This document shows positions 10,601-19,477 of a stretch of 64,000 nucleotides of DNA, in pieces; position 1 is the stretch's first letter; every line of letters begins with the position of its first letter. This DNA comes from Bacteroidota bacterium (GTDB lineage Bacteria > Bacteroidota > Bacteroidia > NS11-12g > UBA955). Location: NCBI GenBank assembly GCA_030834125.1, contig JAURFW010000002.1:131817-195816 (forward strand), given 5' to 3'. The translations under genes were made by a program, and so were the position numbers. The notes under the pieces were generated by a model, which made no database searches, had not been told where the DNA came from, and saw only the letters and a program-made list of their open reading frames with translations.

Positions 10601-10661
10601 TGAGTTAAATATTTATCCAACTTCACGTACTGTATTAACTGGTGTTCAAATTCAATTCTAA
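7629..10661 (+). CDS. SusC/RagA-family TonB-dependent outer-membrane transporter
   Basis: 1010 aa with a signal peptide, an N-terminal carboxypeptidase-regulatory-like domain, a TonB box and plug (VVVGYSKVKRKEITGSIGSV, TAIYGVRAANGVVLITTK) and a C-terminal beta-barrel ending in F. A SusD gene follows immediately. Confidence 0.9.
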   Translation: MFSFSPPRKTYLFINKKTKFILIILCFILSNQVSGQYSIRVVDSRNSSPLNRVLINRLVKNTSGVYTETIGYTDSNGRISINQPKGTQIHFIANNYEEQDYFLGTEKRIMISLESSVDRVDEVVVVGYSKVKRKEITGSIGSVKGADLVKQPVLTGTQALQGKLAGVQITNYGSPGSAPTVRIRGTGSVIGGAEPLYVVDGVITDDIRNISTSDIVSMDVLKDASSTAIYGVRAANGVVLITTKAGKRGSSSLSYDGYFGFKDLSNKVFMAGPNLFTAYSNEAAGTFAIKDEQIIGKTDWMDAITRTGLQQNHSISINGGGEKNTSFLSVNYMKESGILIGNDYERITLRNNNDFFVGDKLRIGNTLNLSRYFSNNKPFSAFTAAYNAAPLYDVIDENGNYGYTDVNNVGNPVAALDYTDDQSFGNRLMGNLYADWEIIKGLKFNTSLGLDAYGNEGRNYQRRYRVSGTQRYDTTTYTVSANNGYRWIWNQLLTYDANINKNQTLKVIAGHTAEQYDGEMFAISRDGVPSKPQYRYINTGASTIQGNILYQRPVSDYGSRESYLAKVSYAYYDKIFVSGSFRRDGSSKFPVQNRWGNFPSVGLAWDLTKESFFPRSKNFNYLKARASWGKVGNDRINPSEFVTLLSTGLVSVFGNGDIQDGSTIAEIKDPNLKWEVTTEYDFGFDFELVEKRWFGTMDWYYKLTSGALFNVPLSAGLGDNNNSMLTNAADISNTGIELTLGYKSLPGDYRSGFNWSSVITATFNRNRIENLGLGRPTNYGSLNNGEFATRVAPGQPIGVFWVYETDGVYQSNEEINNSAHLFGAQPGDFRIKDNNGDGVIDDLDRVYVGSYQPIAYFGWNTKLTYRNWDLNIDIFSNYGNKVFNGKKTVRYGGSYNVEYDVAVNRWTPDNPTNEAPRAYNGVPKPSDYYVESGSFIRLNNLSLGYTMPGRAISKIGAKSLRFYVTAQNLFTWMSYSGYTAELPGAPPQAGIELNIYPTSRTVLTGVQIQF

Positions 10662-10671
10662 GATCAACACA

Positions 10672-12141
10672 ATGAAAAACACAATCAAATCAACAATTAT
10701 ACTTTCTGTATTATCCATTTCAGTTTTTACATTGAATTCTTGTAGAAAAGATTTTTTAGAAGAAGAGCCTAGGGTACAAACGATAGAGGATTATTTTACC
10801 ACCTCAAATCAAGCTGCAAGAGAAATGGTAAATGCTATCTACAACAAGCTATATGATTGGAATTTACATAGTTTCCCATTTATTGGAATGACCGAAATTG
10901 CAGGTGATAATACCTCAAAAGGTTCAGATGCGGGAGATACAGGAGGAGATAAGGATCAAATGGATGGTTATTTTTTCGCTCCAACTTCAATTTCATTCGG
11001 TGATGTTTGGAGCGGCTATTTCGAAGCAATTGCAAGGGCAAATAAAGCCATTAAATATGTTGATGAATTAGATATCCCTCAATCAAATAAAAACCAATAC
11101 ATAGCAGAAGCAAGATTTCTTAGAGGTTATTTCTATTTCTTTTTAGTTAGAAGTTTTGGTGGTGTACCGTTAATTGATAAAGTACCAATTACAGAAGAAG
11201 AAATTGCAAATACATATGTTCGCGCTTCTGAAGATAAAATATATGACCTCATTGAGTCGGATTTTCAATTTGCCACACAGTTGCCAGCAAAACAATTAAT
11301 AGATTTAGGAAGAGCAAGTGGCGACGCTGCTACAGCAATGTTGGCAAAGGTTGCCTTGTACAGAAAAAACTGGGGATTATGTGCAAATTATTGTTCTAAT
11401 CTAATTTCCTCTGGGCAATATAACTTAGTGAAAGATTATTCTCACATTTGGAGAGAAATTGGAGAATTTTCTGAAGAGTCTATATGGGAAGTTAATTGCA
11501 AAGGAACAGATCCACAAAAAGGAATACTCCAGTATTATGTAGTACAAGCACCAAGAGGTGGAGCAAAAGGTTTAGGGTGGGGATTCAATACTCCAACCCA
11601 AGATTTTTATGATGCCTATGAAGCTGGAGATTTGCGCAGAGATGCTTCAATTATTAAGTCAGGGCAAACACTATGGGATGGATGGGAAACCGATGCCGGA
11701 CATTCAAATCCCTTGTATAATTATAAATCTTATGTAAGCAAAATTGCTGAATCATGGGGTCAAGGAGACGTTAATGCAAATAAGAATTTACGTGTGATTC
11801 GTTATGGTGAAATATTATTGATTGCCGCAGAGGCCGCCAATGAATTAGGCGATCAAACTACGGCTTGCAATTACTTAAATCAAATTAGAAGCAGAGCGGG
11901 TCTCGCTGATTTTAATTCAAACGATGCCGATTCTGTTAGAAATGCAATTTGGAAAGAGCGTAGATTTGAACTTGCGTTTGAACATGATCGCGTATTTGAT
12001 TTGCGAAGACAAGGTAGAATAGGTGATGTAATACGAGCAAATAATATTAACTTTATAGACGGTAAACATGAACTTTACCCAATTCCCCAAAGGCAAGTAG
12101 ATTTGAGTGAAGGAAAAATGTTACAAAACCCTGGATATTAA
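10672..12141 (+). CDS. SusD/RagB-family nutrient-binding outer-membrane lipoprotein
   Basis: A lipoprotein signal ending in LNSC sits directly downstream of SusC, and a TPR-like SusD fold is present. The ATG at 10672 (MKNTIKST...) is preferred over the track start at 10642, which overlaps SusC. Confidence 0.88.
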   Translation: MKNTIKSTIILSVLSISVFTLNSCRKDFLEEEPRVQTIEDYFTTSNQAAREMVNAIYNKLYDWNLHSFPFIGMTEIAGDNTSKGSDAGDTGGDKDQMDGYFFAPTSISFGDVWSGYFEAIARANKAIKYVDELDIPQSNKNQYIAEARFLRGYFYFFLVRSFGGVPLIDKVPITEEEIANTYVRASEDKIYDLIESDFQFATQLPAKQLIDLGRASGDAATAMLAKVALYRKNWGLCANYCSNLISSGQYNLVKDYSHIWREIGEFSEESIWEVNCKGTDPQKGILQYYVVQAPRGGAKGLGWGFNTPTQDFYDAYEAGDLRRDASIIKSGQTLWDGWETDAGHSNPLYNYKSYVSKIAESWGQGDVNANKNLRVIRYGEILLIAAEAANELGDQTTACNYLNQIRSRAGLADFNSNDADSVRNAIWKERRFELAFEHDRVFDLRRQGRIGDVIRANNINFIDGKHELYPIPQRQVDLSEGKMLQNPGY

Positions 12142-12163
12142 TAAAAAAACCAAATAAACAAAT

Positions 12164-13057
12164 ATGAAAAAAAACAATTTATTCTCAACATTAAGCCTTG
12201 TAGCGGTTTCTGCATTGGCCTTGAACTTTCAGGCATGTTCTGATGAGCCAACTGATGACCCAGGAACAAACAACAATACAGGGTATACTAGTTCAGATCA
12301 GATTGCTTCTTCTAACTTGGTAGCTAAGTTTTCTTTTGAAAATAATATGGATGATGCCAAAGGAAATATCTCTGATGTATCTATCAAGAACAACATAAGT
12401 TACGGAACCGGTGCGAAAGGCAGATGCTTCATGGGTACAACAGACGGGTATGCTTTATATTCTAATGTTGGCGCTGCTGTTTCTGGAATGCAAAGTACCA
12501 CCGTTGCTACTTGGGTTAAAACATCTAATCACGCTGATGGTGCTGAGTCTTGGTTCCAATTATTGAATGATAGTAATTATTGGGGGAATATGTTCATTTT
12601 GCAAGAAAGTGGTGCAGATGGAAACGATTCAGTAAGGATTAAATTCACTGTTTGTAACTGGGATGCTCCAGTATGGAATGAACAATGGATGGACTTAGGA
12701 GGTGATAATCGTTTAATCTTAGGTAATAATGAGTGGCACCATTTAGTGTGTACCTACGATGCTGTTTCATCCAAAGCAGCATTCTATGTTGATGGCGAGG
12801 AAATAGCAATGCCAGAGAATGTAACAGATCGTTTTGGAGATGATCCTGCTAATGGTGGTGGACCATTGGGAGCATTGAAATTTAATAATGCAACTCGATT
12901 CGTTTTTGGTTGTTTTGATCAGAACCTTCCTGGAAATAGTCCAGCATCTTGGATGAAGCATTTCGATGGTGGTTTGGACGAATTTCGTCTATATGACAAA
13001 GCATTGGCAGCGGCCGATGTAAAATCTCTTTTTGATTTAGAATTAGCTGGTAAATAG
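12164..13057 (+). CDS. PUL-encoded surface lipoprotein with a LamG/concanavalin-A-like domain (candidate surface glycan-binding protein)
   Basis: Lipoprotein signal (LNFQAC), a LamG-type C-terminal motif GGLDEFRLYDKALAAADVKSLF, and a position right after susD. Confidence 0.65.
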   Translation: MKKNNLFSTLSLVAVSALALNFQACSDEPTDDPGTNNNTGYTSSDQIASSNLVAKFSFENNMDDAKGNISDVSIKNNISYGTGAKGRCFMGTTDGYALYSNVGAAVSGMQSTTVATWVKTSNHADGAESWFQLLNDSNYWGNMFILQESGADGNDSVRIKFTVCNWDAPVWNEQWMDLGGDNRLILGNNEWHHLVCTYDAVSSKAAFYVDGEEIAMPENVTDRFGDDPANGGGPLGALKFNNATRFVFGCFDQNLPGNSPASWMKHFDGGLDEFRLYDKALAAADVKSLFDLELAGK

Positions 13058-13058
13058 T

Positions 13059-14762
13059 TTGAAATTCAATAAATTAAAACTTTCAAAAGGACTCTCACTT
13101 TACAGTGGAGTCCTTTTGTTTTTTGTTATTTTTAATATAGGTTGTAAAAAAACTGAAGAACAACCTAAGAAAAATCAAAATCCAAATGATGTTCAATTAA
13201 TCTCAGTAAAATGGGATGAATTTAATGTCTATGGAATAAGAAAAAATGCTTCAGTAAGTCCAACAGTACGCATCCGATTTTCTGAAAAACTGGATACAAC
13301 TATTGCTAAAAGTGCAATTAAGTTAAAATACAACGGTGTAGTATCTGTTGATAGTGATTATTGGTTTGAAAATAGTGATTCAACTATTGCCTTCAAACCT
13401 AAAGAGTATCTAAAATATTATAGTAAATATACATTGCCGATTACTGCCGATGTTAAATCAAAAGATGGCGGTAGTATACAATCTTCAGCGAACATCCTCA
13501 TAAGAACTACATGGGATCCTAGTCAAAAGTTTAATTTGCTAAGTGAGTCTGATCTATTAGATACAGTTCAAAGAAGAACGTTCAGATATTTTTGGGATTT
13601 TGCGCATCCCGTTAGTGGATTGTCTCGTGAGCGCAATACCTCTGGAGATTTAGTTACTTCAGGTGGTTCTGGTTTTGGTATTATGGCAGCTATTGCTGCT
13701 ACCGAAAGAAATTATATATCAAGAAGTGATTTTGTTCAACATATGGATAAAATGACTGATTTTCTATGGAATACAGCAGATGTATTTCATGGAGCATACT
13801 CACACTGGTTGAGTGGTTCATCTGGTGAGGTTAGGCCGTTTTCAACCAATGACGACGGTGCAGATTTAGTGGAAACATCCTATTTGATTATGGGTTTGTT
13901 AACTGCAAAAGAATATTTAGATAAAAACAACCCTGATGAGCTCAATGTTATTAATAGAATTGATTCCATTTGGCATAGGGTAGATTGGAACTGGTTTACC
14001 AAAAATGGTGCTGAAGATCAGTTATACTGGCATTGGAGTCCTAATAAAGGTTGGATAATGAATATGCCAATTCGCGGTTACAATGAATGTCTTATTACTC
14101 ACGTTCTTGCCGCATCTTCTCCCTCACACCCCGTTGATCCAAAAGTATATCATAATGGTTGGGCGAGAAATGGCGGTATTAAAAATGGTAAGTCCTTTTA
14201 TAGTATAACATTACCACTTGGAGAAGACTATGGTGGGCCTCTGTTTTTTGAACAATACACATTTTTAGGATTGGACCCTAGAGGTTTAACTGATAATTAT
14301 GCAAATTACTGGGATCAAGTAGTAAATCACTCTAAGATTAATCATGCATATTGCAAAGCAAATCCCAAAAATCAAGCGGGATACTCAGACTCTTGTTGGG
14401 GATTAACTGCAAGTGATAACCCTTGGGGATATTCAGCGCATTCACCTACAAATGATAGGGGAGTAATAACTCCAACGGCAGCATTATCTTCAATTCCTTA
14501 TACACCAGAAGAATCAAAAAAGGCAGTGAACTTTTTCTATTATATAATGGGTGATTTATTGTTTAAAGAATATGGTTTTGTCGATGCTTTTTGTGTGGGT
14601 GAAGTTTGGGCTGCTAATTCGTTTTTGGCAATTGATCAAGGTCCAATAATTGTAAATATAGAAAACTACAGATCCCAATTATTATGGGAGTTATTTACTA
14701 AAAATACCGATGTAAAAACAGGCTTGAAATCACTTAATTTTCAAGCACCATATCTAAATTAA
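13059..14762 (+). CDS. glucoamylase-like/DUF3131 (alpha/alpha)6-barrel glycoside hydrolase, GH144-like (candidate endo-beta-1,2-glucanase), with an N-terminal Ig-like domain; lipoprotein
   Basis: Conserved block FWDFAHPVSGLSRERNTSGDLVTSGGSGFGIMA...HWLSGSSGEVRPF...DLVETSYL is shared with the paralog at 17973-19409. It carries a lipoprotein signal and is linked to a GH3 gene. Confidence 0.65.
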   Translation: MKFNKLKLSKGLSLYSGVLLFFVIFNIGCKKTEEQPKKNQNPNDVQLISVKWDEFNVYGIRKNASVSPTVRIRFSEKLDTTIAKSAIKLKYNGVVSVDSDYWFENSDSTIAFKPKEYLKYYSKYTLPITADVKSKDGGSIQSSANILIRTTWDPSQKFNLLSESDLLDTVQRRTFRYFWDFAHPVSGLSRERNTSGDLVTSGGSGFGIMAAIAATERNYISRSDFVQHMDKMTDFLWNTADVFHGAYSHWLSGSSGEVRPFSTNDDGADLVETSYLIMGLLTAKEYLDKNNPDELNVINRIDSIWHRVDWNWFTKNGAEDQLYWHWSPNKGWIMNMPIRGYNECLITHVLAASSPSHPVDPKVYHNGWARNGGIKNGKSFYSITLPLGEDYGGPLFFEQYTFLGLDPRGLTDNYANYWDQVVNHSKINHAYCKANPKNQAGYSDSCWGLTASDNPWGYSAHSPTNDRGVITPTAALSSIPYTPEESKKAVNFFYYIMGDLLFKEYGFVDAFCVGEVWAANSFLAIDQGPIIVNIENYRSQLLWELFTKNTDVKTGLKSLNFQAPYLN

Positions 14763-14763
14763 A

Positions 14764-17109
14764 ATGAAAAAACATTTTCTACTTTTAATTCCATTAATAT
14801 TCGGAATTTCTGCTTCTGCACAAATCTTCTTCCCTAATAAGTTAAGGGGTAGAATAGACACATCTGTTTTTGATCACTATTATCGAGATGTTGAGCCTAC
14901 ATGGTTATCCATTATGAAAAATGAGAAACAACAACAATATCAATTTGAATCTCATTTTCTTGATAGTTTAATGAATTTAATGACTTTGGAAGAAAAGATA
15001 GGTCAGCTTAACTTACCCTCAATTGGGTTTGATGTTACGGGGCCCGTATTGTCTGAAGATGTAGAAAGTAAAATTGATAAAGGTCAAGTAGGAGCTGTTT
15101 TTAATACATTTACCCCAATTGCAGTTAGGAAATTACAGGATCGTGCAATTAAAAATACTCGTTTAGGGATTCCATTATTGTTGGGATATGATGTAATTCA
15201 CGGACACAGAACAATATTTCCAATACCTTTAGGGCTTTCTTGTTCATGGAATCCTAACTTAATTCAAAGTACTGCCTCATTGGCTGCAAAAGAAGCTACC
15301 GCAGATGGTTTGAATTGGACTTTCTCACCCATGGTAGATATTACTCGTGACCCTCGTTGGGGTAGAGTTTCTGAAGGCGCCGGCGAAGACCCTTATCTTG
15401 GCGGTATTGTAGCGCAATCTATGGTTGCTGGTTATCAAGGTAGTGACTTGAAAAAACAAGATAAATTAATGGCTTGTGTGAAGCATTTTGCTTTGTATGG
15501 TGCGGCAGAAGCGGGTAGAGATTACAATACAGTGGATATGAGTGGTTTTCGAATGTATAACGAATATTTACCGCCATATAACGCTGCAGTGTACGCGGGT
15601 GTCGAATCAATAATGACATCATTTAATGATATTAATGGAATTCCTGCTACTTGTAATGATGAGCTAATCCAAGAGGTTTTGAGGAATAAATGGAACTTCG
15701 ACGGATTGGTGGTAACTGATTATACAGCAATTAAAGAACTTGTTTATCATGGTGTTGGAGATGAAAAATCGGTAGCTACAAAATCCATTAAAGCCGGTGC
15801 AGAAATGGATATGGTGAGCGAATATTATTTGAATCATTTAAAAGAAATTGCTCGAGAAGATAAATCGTTTGAAACCTATATAAACAATGCCTGCAGAAAT
15901 GTTTTAAAAGCAAAATTGCGTCTGGGTTTATTTGAAGATCCTTTCAGAGGACTTGACGAAAGCAGACAAAGCGAGTTAATGTCTCCTGAACATCTATCAA
16001 TTGCGCAAAAAGCTGCTGAAGAATCCTTTGTCTTACTTAAAAATGATAAAAGCATACTACCATTAAATCATAAACAAAAAATAGCATTTATAGGACCTCA
16101 AATCAAGCGTAAAAGAGACTTGATTGGCAATTGGAGTGGGGCAGGAGATTGGAAAAAAGCTGTAAGTATTTGGGAAGCTGTTTCAGATCAAAAATATATC
16201 TCTTATGCTTTAGGTTGTAATTTATTAGAGGGTAAAAATGTAATTAGTAAGTTAAATGCTCACGACGGTCAAATTCCAGAAATTCAAGCTGCCGATGAAT
16301 TGCTAAAAGAAGCAATAAAAGTAGCTAAGAAAGCTGATGTAATTGTGCTGGCATTAGGCGAGGCCTTCGGTATGAGTGGTGAGGCAGCATCTATGTCTTC
16401 AATTGAATTACCTGAACATCAGATTCGATTAATTAAGGAATTAAGAAAATTAGAAAAGCCAATTGTTTTGATACTAATGAATGGAAGGCCCTTAGTTTTA
16501 ACTGAAGTTGAACCATTATGCGATGCAATTTTAGAATGTTGGTTCCCAGGAACACAAGGAGGTATCGCAATTAAAAATACCCTTTATGGTCAAAATAATC
16601 CAAGTGGTAAATTAACAATGACCTTTCCTCGTAGTCTAGGTCAAGTGCCAATTTATTACAATCACAGAACTACGGGTAGACCCTTAGAAGAAGACCAAAA
16701 GTATACTTCAAAATATTTAGATGTGCCAAATACTCCGCTTTATCCTTTTGGGTATGGTTTGAGTTATTCTTCATTCGATACAGAACTTAAAGGCATTTCT
16801 CAAGAAGGAAATTTCATTCATATTGATGTAGATGTAACTAATACTTCAACTGTTGATGGAAGCGAAATTGTTCAACTCTACTACCGAGATGTTTTATGCA
16901 GCTATACTCGTCCGGTCAAACAATTATGTAGATTCTTGAAAGTGGACTTAAAGCAAGGTGAAAAACGTAATATTCGTTTTGATATATCTACTCAGGAGCT
17001 AGGATTCTTCGATAACCAAGGAAATTGGATTATTGAAAAGGGTGATTTTGAGTTTTTTGTAGGTCCTAATTCTCAGAATTTGGAGAAGGTTGATTTTGTT
17101 TTAAAATAG
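14764..17109 (+). CDS. GH3 beta-glucosidase (BglX-like), periplasmic
   Basis: Signal peptide plus GH3 motifs GIPLLLGYDVIHGHRT, KHFALYGAAEAGRDYN and SGFRMYNEYLPPY, followed by the C-terminal alpha/beta and FnIII-like domains. Confidence 0.9.
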   Translation: MKKHFLLLIPLIFGISASAQIFFPNKLRGRIDTSVFDHYYRDVEPTWLSIMKNEKQQQYQFESHFLDSLMNLMTLEEKIGQLNLPSIGFDVTGPVLSEDVESKIDKGQVGAVFNTFTPIAVRKLQDRAIKNTRLGIPLLLGYDVIHGHRTIFPIPLGLSCSWNPNLIQSTASLAAKEATADGLNWTFSPMVDITRDPRWGRVSEGAGEDPYLGGIVAQSMVAGYQGSDLKKQDKLMACVKHFALYGAAEAGRDYNTVDMSGFRMYNEYLPPYNAAVYAGVESIMTSFNDINGIPATCNDELIQEVLRNKWNFDGLVVTDYTAIKELVYHGVGDEKSVATKSIKAGAEMDMVSEYYLNHLKEIAREDKSFETYINNACRNVLKAKLRLGLFEDPFRGLDESRQSELMSPEHLSIAQKAAEESFVLLKNDKSILPLNHKQKIAFIGPQIKRKRDLIGNWSGAGDWKKAVSIWEAVSDQKYISYALGCNLLEGKNVISKLNAHDGQIPEIQAADELLKEAIKVAKKADVIVLALGEAFGMSGEAASMSSIELPEHQIRLIKELRKLEKPIVLILMNGRPLVLTEVEPLCDAILECWFPGTQGGIAIKNTLYGQNNPSGKLTMTFPRSLGQVPIYYNHRTTGRPLEEDQKYTSKYLDVPNTPLYPFGYGLSYSSFDTELKGISQEGNFIHIDVDVTNTSTVDGSEIVQLYYRDVLCSYTRPVKQLCRFLKVDLKQGEKRNIRFDISTQELGFFDNQGNWIIEKGDFEFFVGPNSQNLEKVDFVLK

Positions 17110-17944
17110 ATTTTTTTGAAGAACTAAATACCCACGGAAGAACTTCTTTAATTGCAATGGTTGAATCCCATGCATTGTGATTGGCTTCAGGGAAAAGTGT
17201 GTATCTGCTAGGAATTCTTTGTGCGAGTAATTGTTTGTGCACATTGAAAGAATGATGATAGTTTACAATATCATCTTTTTGGCCATGAAAGAACCAAAAG
17301 TTTGAGTTCTTCTGGGCAGTTGGATTTATTAATATCCCTCCTCCACAAATAGGAAAAACAGCAGAAAAGGTATTAGGTATTCGTTGAATGAACTCTATTA
17401 TACCCATCCCTCCCATAGATATTCCACCTATGTAAAATCGATTAGTGTCTATCAAATCTTGAGATATTAATTCTGAGATTTTAGCTTTCCATAAATCAAT
17501 CAATAAACCCATTGCTTTAGTTGGCTTTTCCTCAGAGTTAAAAATAAAATTTGGTTTACCATTGCAGTCTTCAGTCCTTATTACATTGCTCCAATAACTG
17601 GTGTTTGGGCATTGAGGGAAAATTAATATCGCAGGCTCGTTATTTTTAACATAATTATAAATCCAACGTCCACCATGAGTAAATTGCTTAATATTATCTT
17701 TGCCGCTTTCACCTCGGCCGTGAAGGAATAATAAAACTGGGAGTTTTTTGTTTGTAGTATTAGTAGGTATGTAGATTCTGTAAGGTAATGAATCCAAGCT
17801 ATTATTGATGAAGGTATTAGCTTGAAAGAAGTCAATATAATTGGTTTCAATATTTTGAGATTGTGTAATGGAAATAGAAACAAAAGTGGCCATTAATAAT
17901 AGATTTTTTAAAAGGTTCATTTTATCTGATATTTTGGTGTACAA
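17066..17944 (-). CDS. secreted alpha/beta-hydrolase esterase (phospholipase/carboxylesterase or PHB-depolymerase-like)
   Basis: Signal peptide, an oxyanion-hole region LLFLHGRGESG, the nucleophile elbow GGISMGG and a C-terminal His region. It overlaps the GH3 3' end convergently by 44 bp. Confidence 0.7.
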   Translation of the reverse strand: MYTKISDKMNLLKNLLLMATFVSISITQSQNIETNYIDFFQANTFINNSLDSLPYRIYIPTNTTNKKLPVLLFLHGRGESGKDNIKQFTHGGRWIYNYVKNNEPAILIFPQCPNTSYWSNVIRTEDCNGKPNFIFNSEEKPTKAMGLLIDLWKAKISELISQDLIDTNRFYIGGISMGGMGIIEFIQRIPNTFSAVFPICGGGILINPTAQKNSNFWFFHGQKDDIVNYHHSFNVHKQLLAQRIPSRYTLFPEANHNAWDSTIAIKEVLPWVFSSSKKSILKQNQPSPNSEN

Positions 17945-17972
17945 TTTATGATTTAACCTTATCTTTTCAAGA

Positions 17973-19409
17973 ATGAATCGAGATCTTCTTAAATATTTTT
18001 CTGGTTTTTTAATTCTAGTACTTACTCAATCCTGCTACACTCAACAAACTAAATTAAACGAGTATTCCACATTCAGTGATGATGTAATTTCTAAACAACT
18101 TCATGAGTTTACTTATGATTCATTAACAACATATCAAAAACAAATCTTCGATTCAGTACAGTATGCCACTTTTCAATATTTTTGGGAAGGTGCGGAGCCC
18201 AATTCAGGAATGGCTCGCGAAAGAATTCATTTAGACGGAAATTACCCAGATAATGATTACAATATTGTAACTACTGGAGGTTCAGGGTTTGGAATTATGG
18301 CAATATTAGTAGGGATAGAAAGAGGATGGGTTACTTATGATAGTGCATTAGAAAGGATGAACACAATAATATCTTTTCTAGAAAATTGTGATCGGTTTCA
18401 TGGCGTTTGGCCTCATTGGCTAAACGGAGAAACTGGGAAAGTAAAGCCATTTGGGAAGAAGGATAATGGTGGAGATTTGGTGGAAAGTGCGTTTTTATTG
18501 CAAGGATTGCTCACTTGGGAAATGTATCTTATTGAAATGAATCATATTTCAACAAGATATCGTCCCTTAGCTGCGAATCTTGTAGATAGGATCCAGAAGC
18601 TGTGGTTAGATGTTGATTTTAAATGGTATACAAATAATCAAAACGTACTTTATTGGCATTGGAGTCCAGATTATCATTGGGATATGAACTTTCCAGTGAA
18701 AGGGTATAATGAATGCTTAATAATTTATATCCTGGGTGCATCCCATCCATCAAATGCAATTGATTTTAATCATTATTATTACGGTTGGTGTGATTCTGGG
18801 AATATACATAGAGTTGGTAAAAATCAAAAACAAGCTTATCACCAATTAAATCTGCGCCACCAAGGTAATCTTCAAAATGGAGGTCCTCTATTTTGGTCGC
18901 ACTATTCCTATTTAGGATTAAACCCCTTCTCAATCAAAGACAATTACATCAATTCAAATTATGGCGTTGAAAGTACAAATCACATACTGAATTGTATAGA
19001 ATGGTGTACTAGAAACCCTATGAATTACAAAGGATATTCGGATAGTAGCTGGGGCTTAACTTCGAGTTATTCAGTAAGGTTTTATTCAGGACATGCTGCA
19101 GATTCTAGCAGAGATATCGGCGTAATTTCACCTACTGCAGCATTGAGCTCATTTCCATATACACCTGAATACTCCTTAAAAGCTATGATGAATTGGTATG
19201 AGAATAAGCCAGAGATTTTTCTAAAGTATGGATTTATTGATGCCTTTTCAGATCAGGAGAACTGGTTTAAACCATGGTATTTAGCCATAGATCAAGGTCC
19301 AATAGTTTGTATGATGGAGAACTTTAGAAGTGGATTATTATGGAAATATTTCATGAAATCGGATGAAGTAAAAAAAGGACTACGAAAGTTGCATTTTGTT
19401 GTAGAATAA
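17973..19409 (+). CDS. second glucoamylase-like/DUF3131, GH144-like glycoside hydrolase paralog; lipoprotein
   Basis: Conserved block FWEGAEPNSGMARERIHL...TTGGSGFGIMA...HWLNGETGKVKPF...DLVESAFL matches the first paralog. The lipoprotein signal ends in LTQSC. Confidence 0.65.
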   Translation: MNRDLLKYFSGFLILVLTQSCYTQQTKLNEYSTFSDDVISKQLHEFTYDSLTTYQKQIFDSVQYATFQYFWEGAEPNSGMARERIHLDGNYPDNDYNIVTTGGSGFGIMAILVGIERGWVTYDSALERMNTIISFLENCDRFHGVWPHWLNGETGKVKPFGKKDNGGDLVESAFLLQGLLTWEMYLIEMNHISTRYRPLAANLVDRIQKLWLDVDFKWYTNNQNVLYWHWSPDYHWDMNFPVKGYNECLIIYILGASHPSNAIDFNHYYYGWCDSGNIHRVGKNQKQAYHQLNLRHQGNLQNGGPLFWSHYSYLGLNPFSIKDNYINSNYGVESTNHILNCIEWCTRNPMNYKGYSDSSWGLTSSYSVRFYSGHAADSSRDIGVISPTAALSSFPYTPEYSLKAMMNWYENKPEIFLKYGFIDAFSDQENWFKPWYLAIDQGPIVCMMENFRSGLLWKYFMKSDEVKKGLRKLHFVVE

Positions 19410-19477
19410 GACAAAAATTATTATTTGTTGTTGAAGTTCAGGTTTAGATTTGAATTATTGTAGAAAATACAATAATA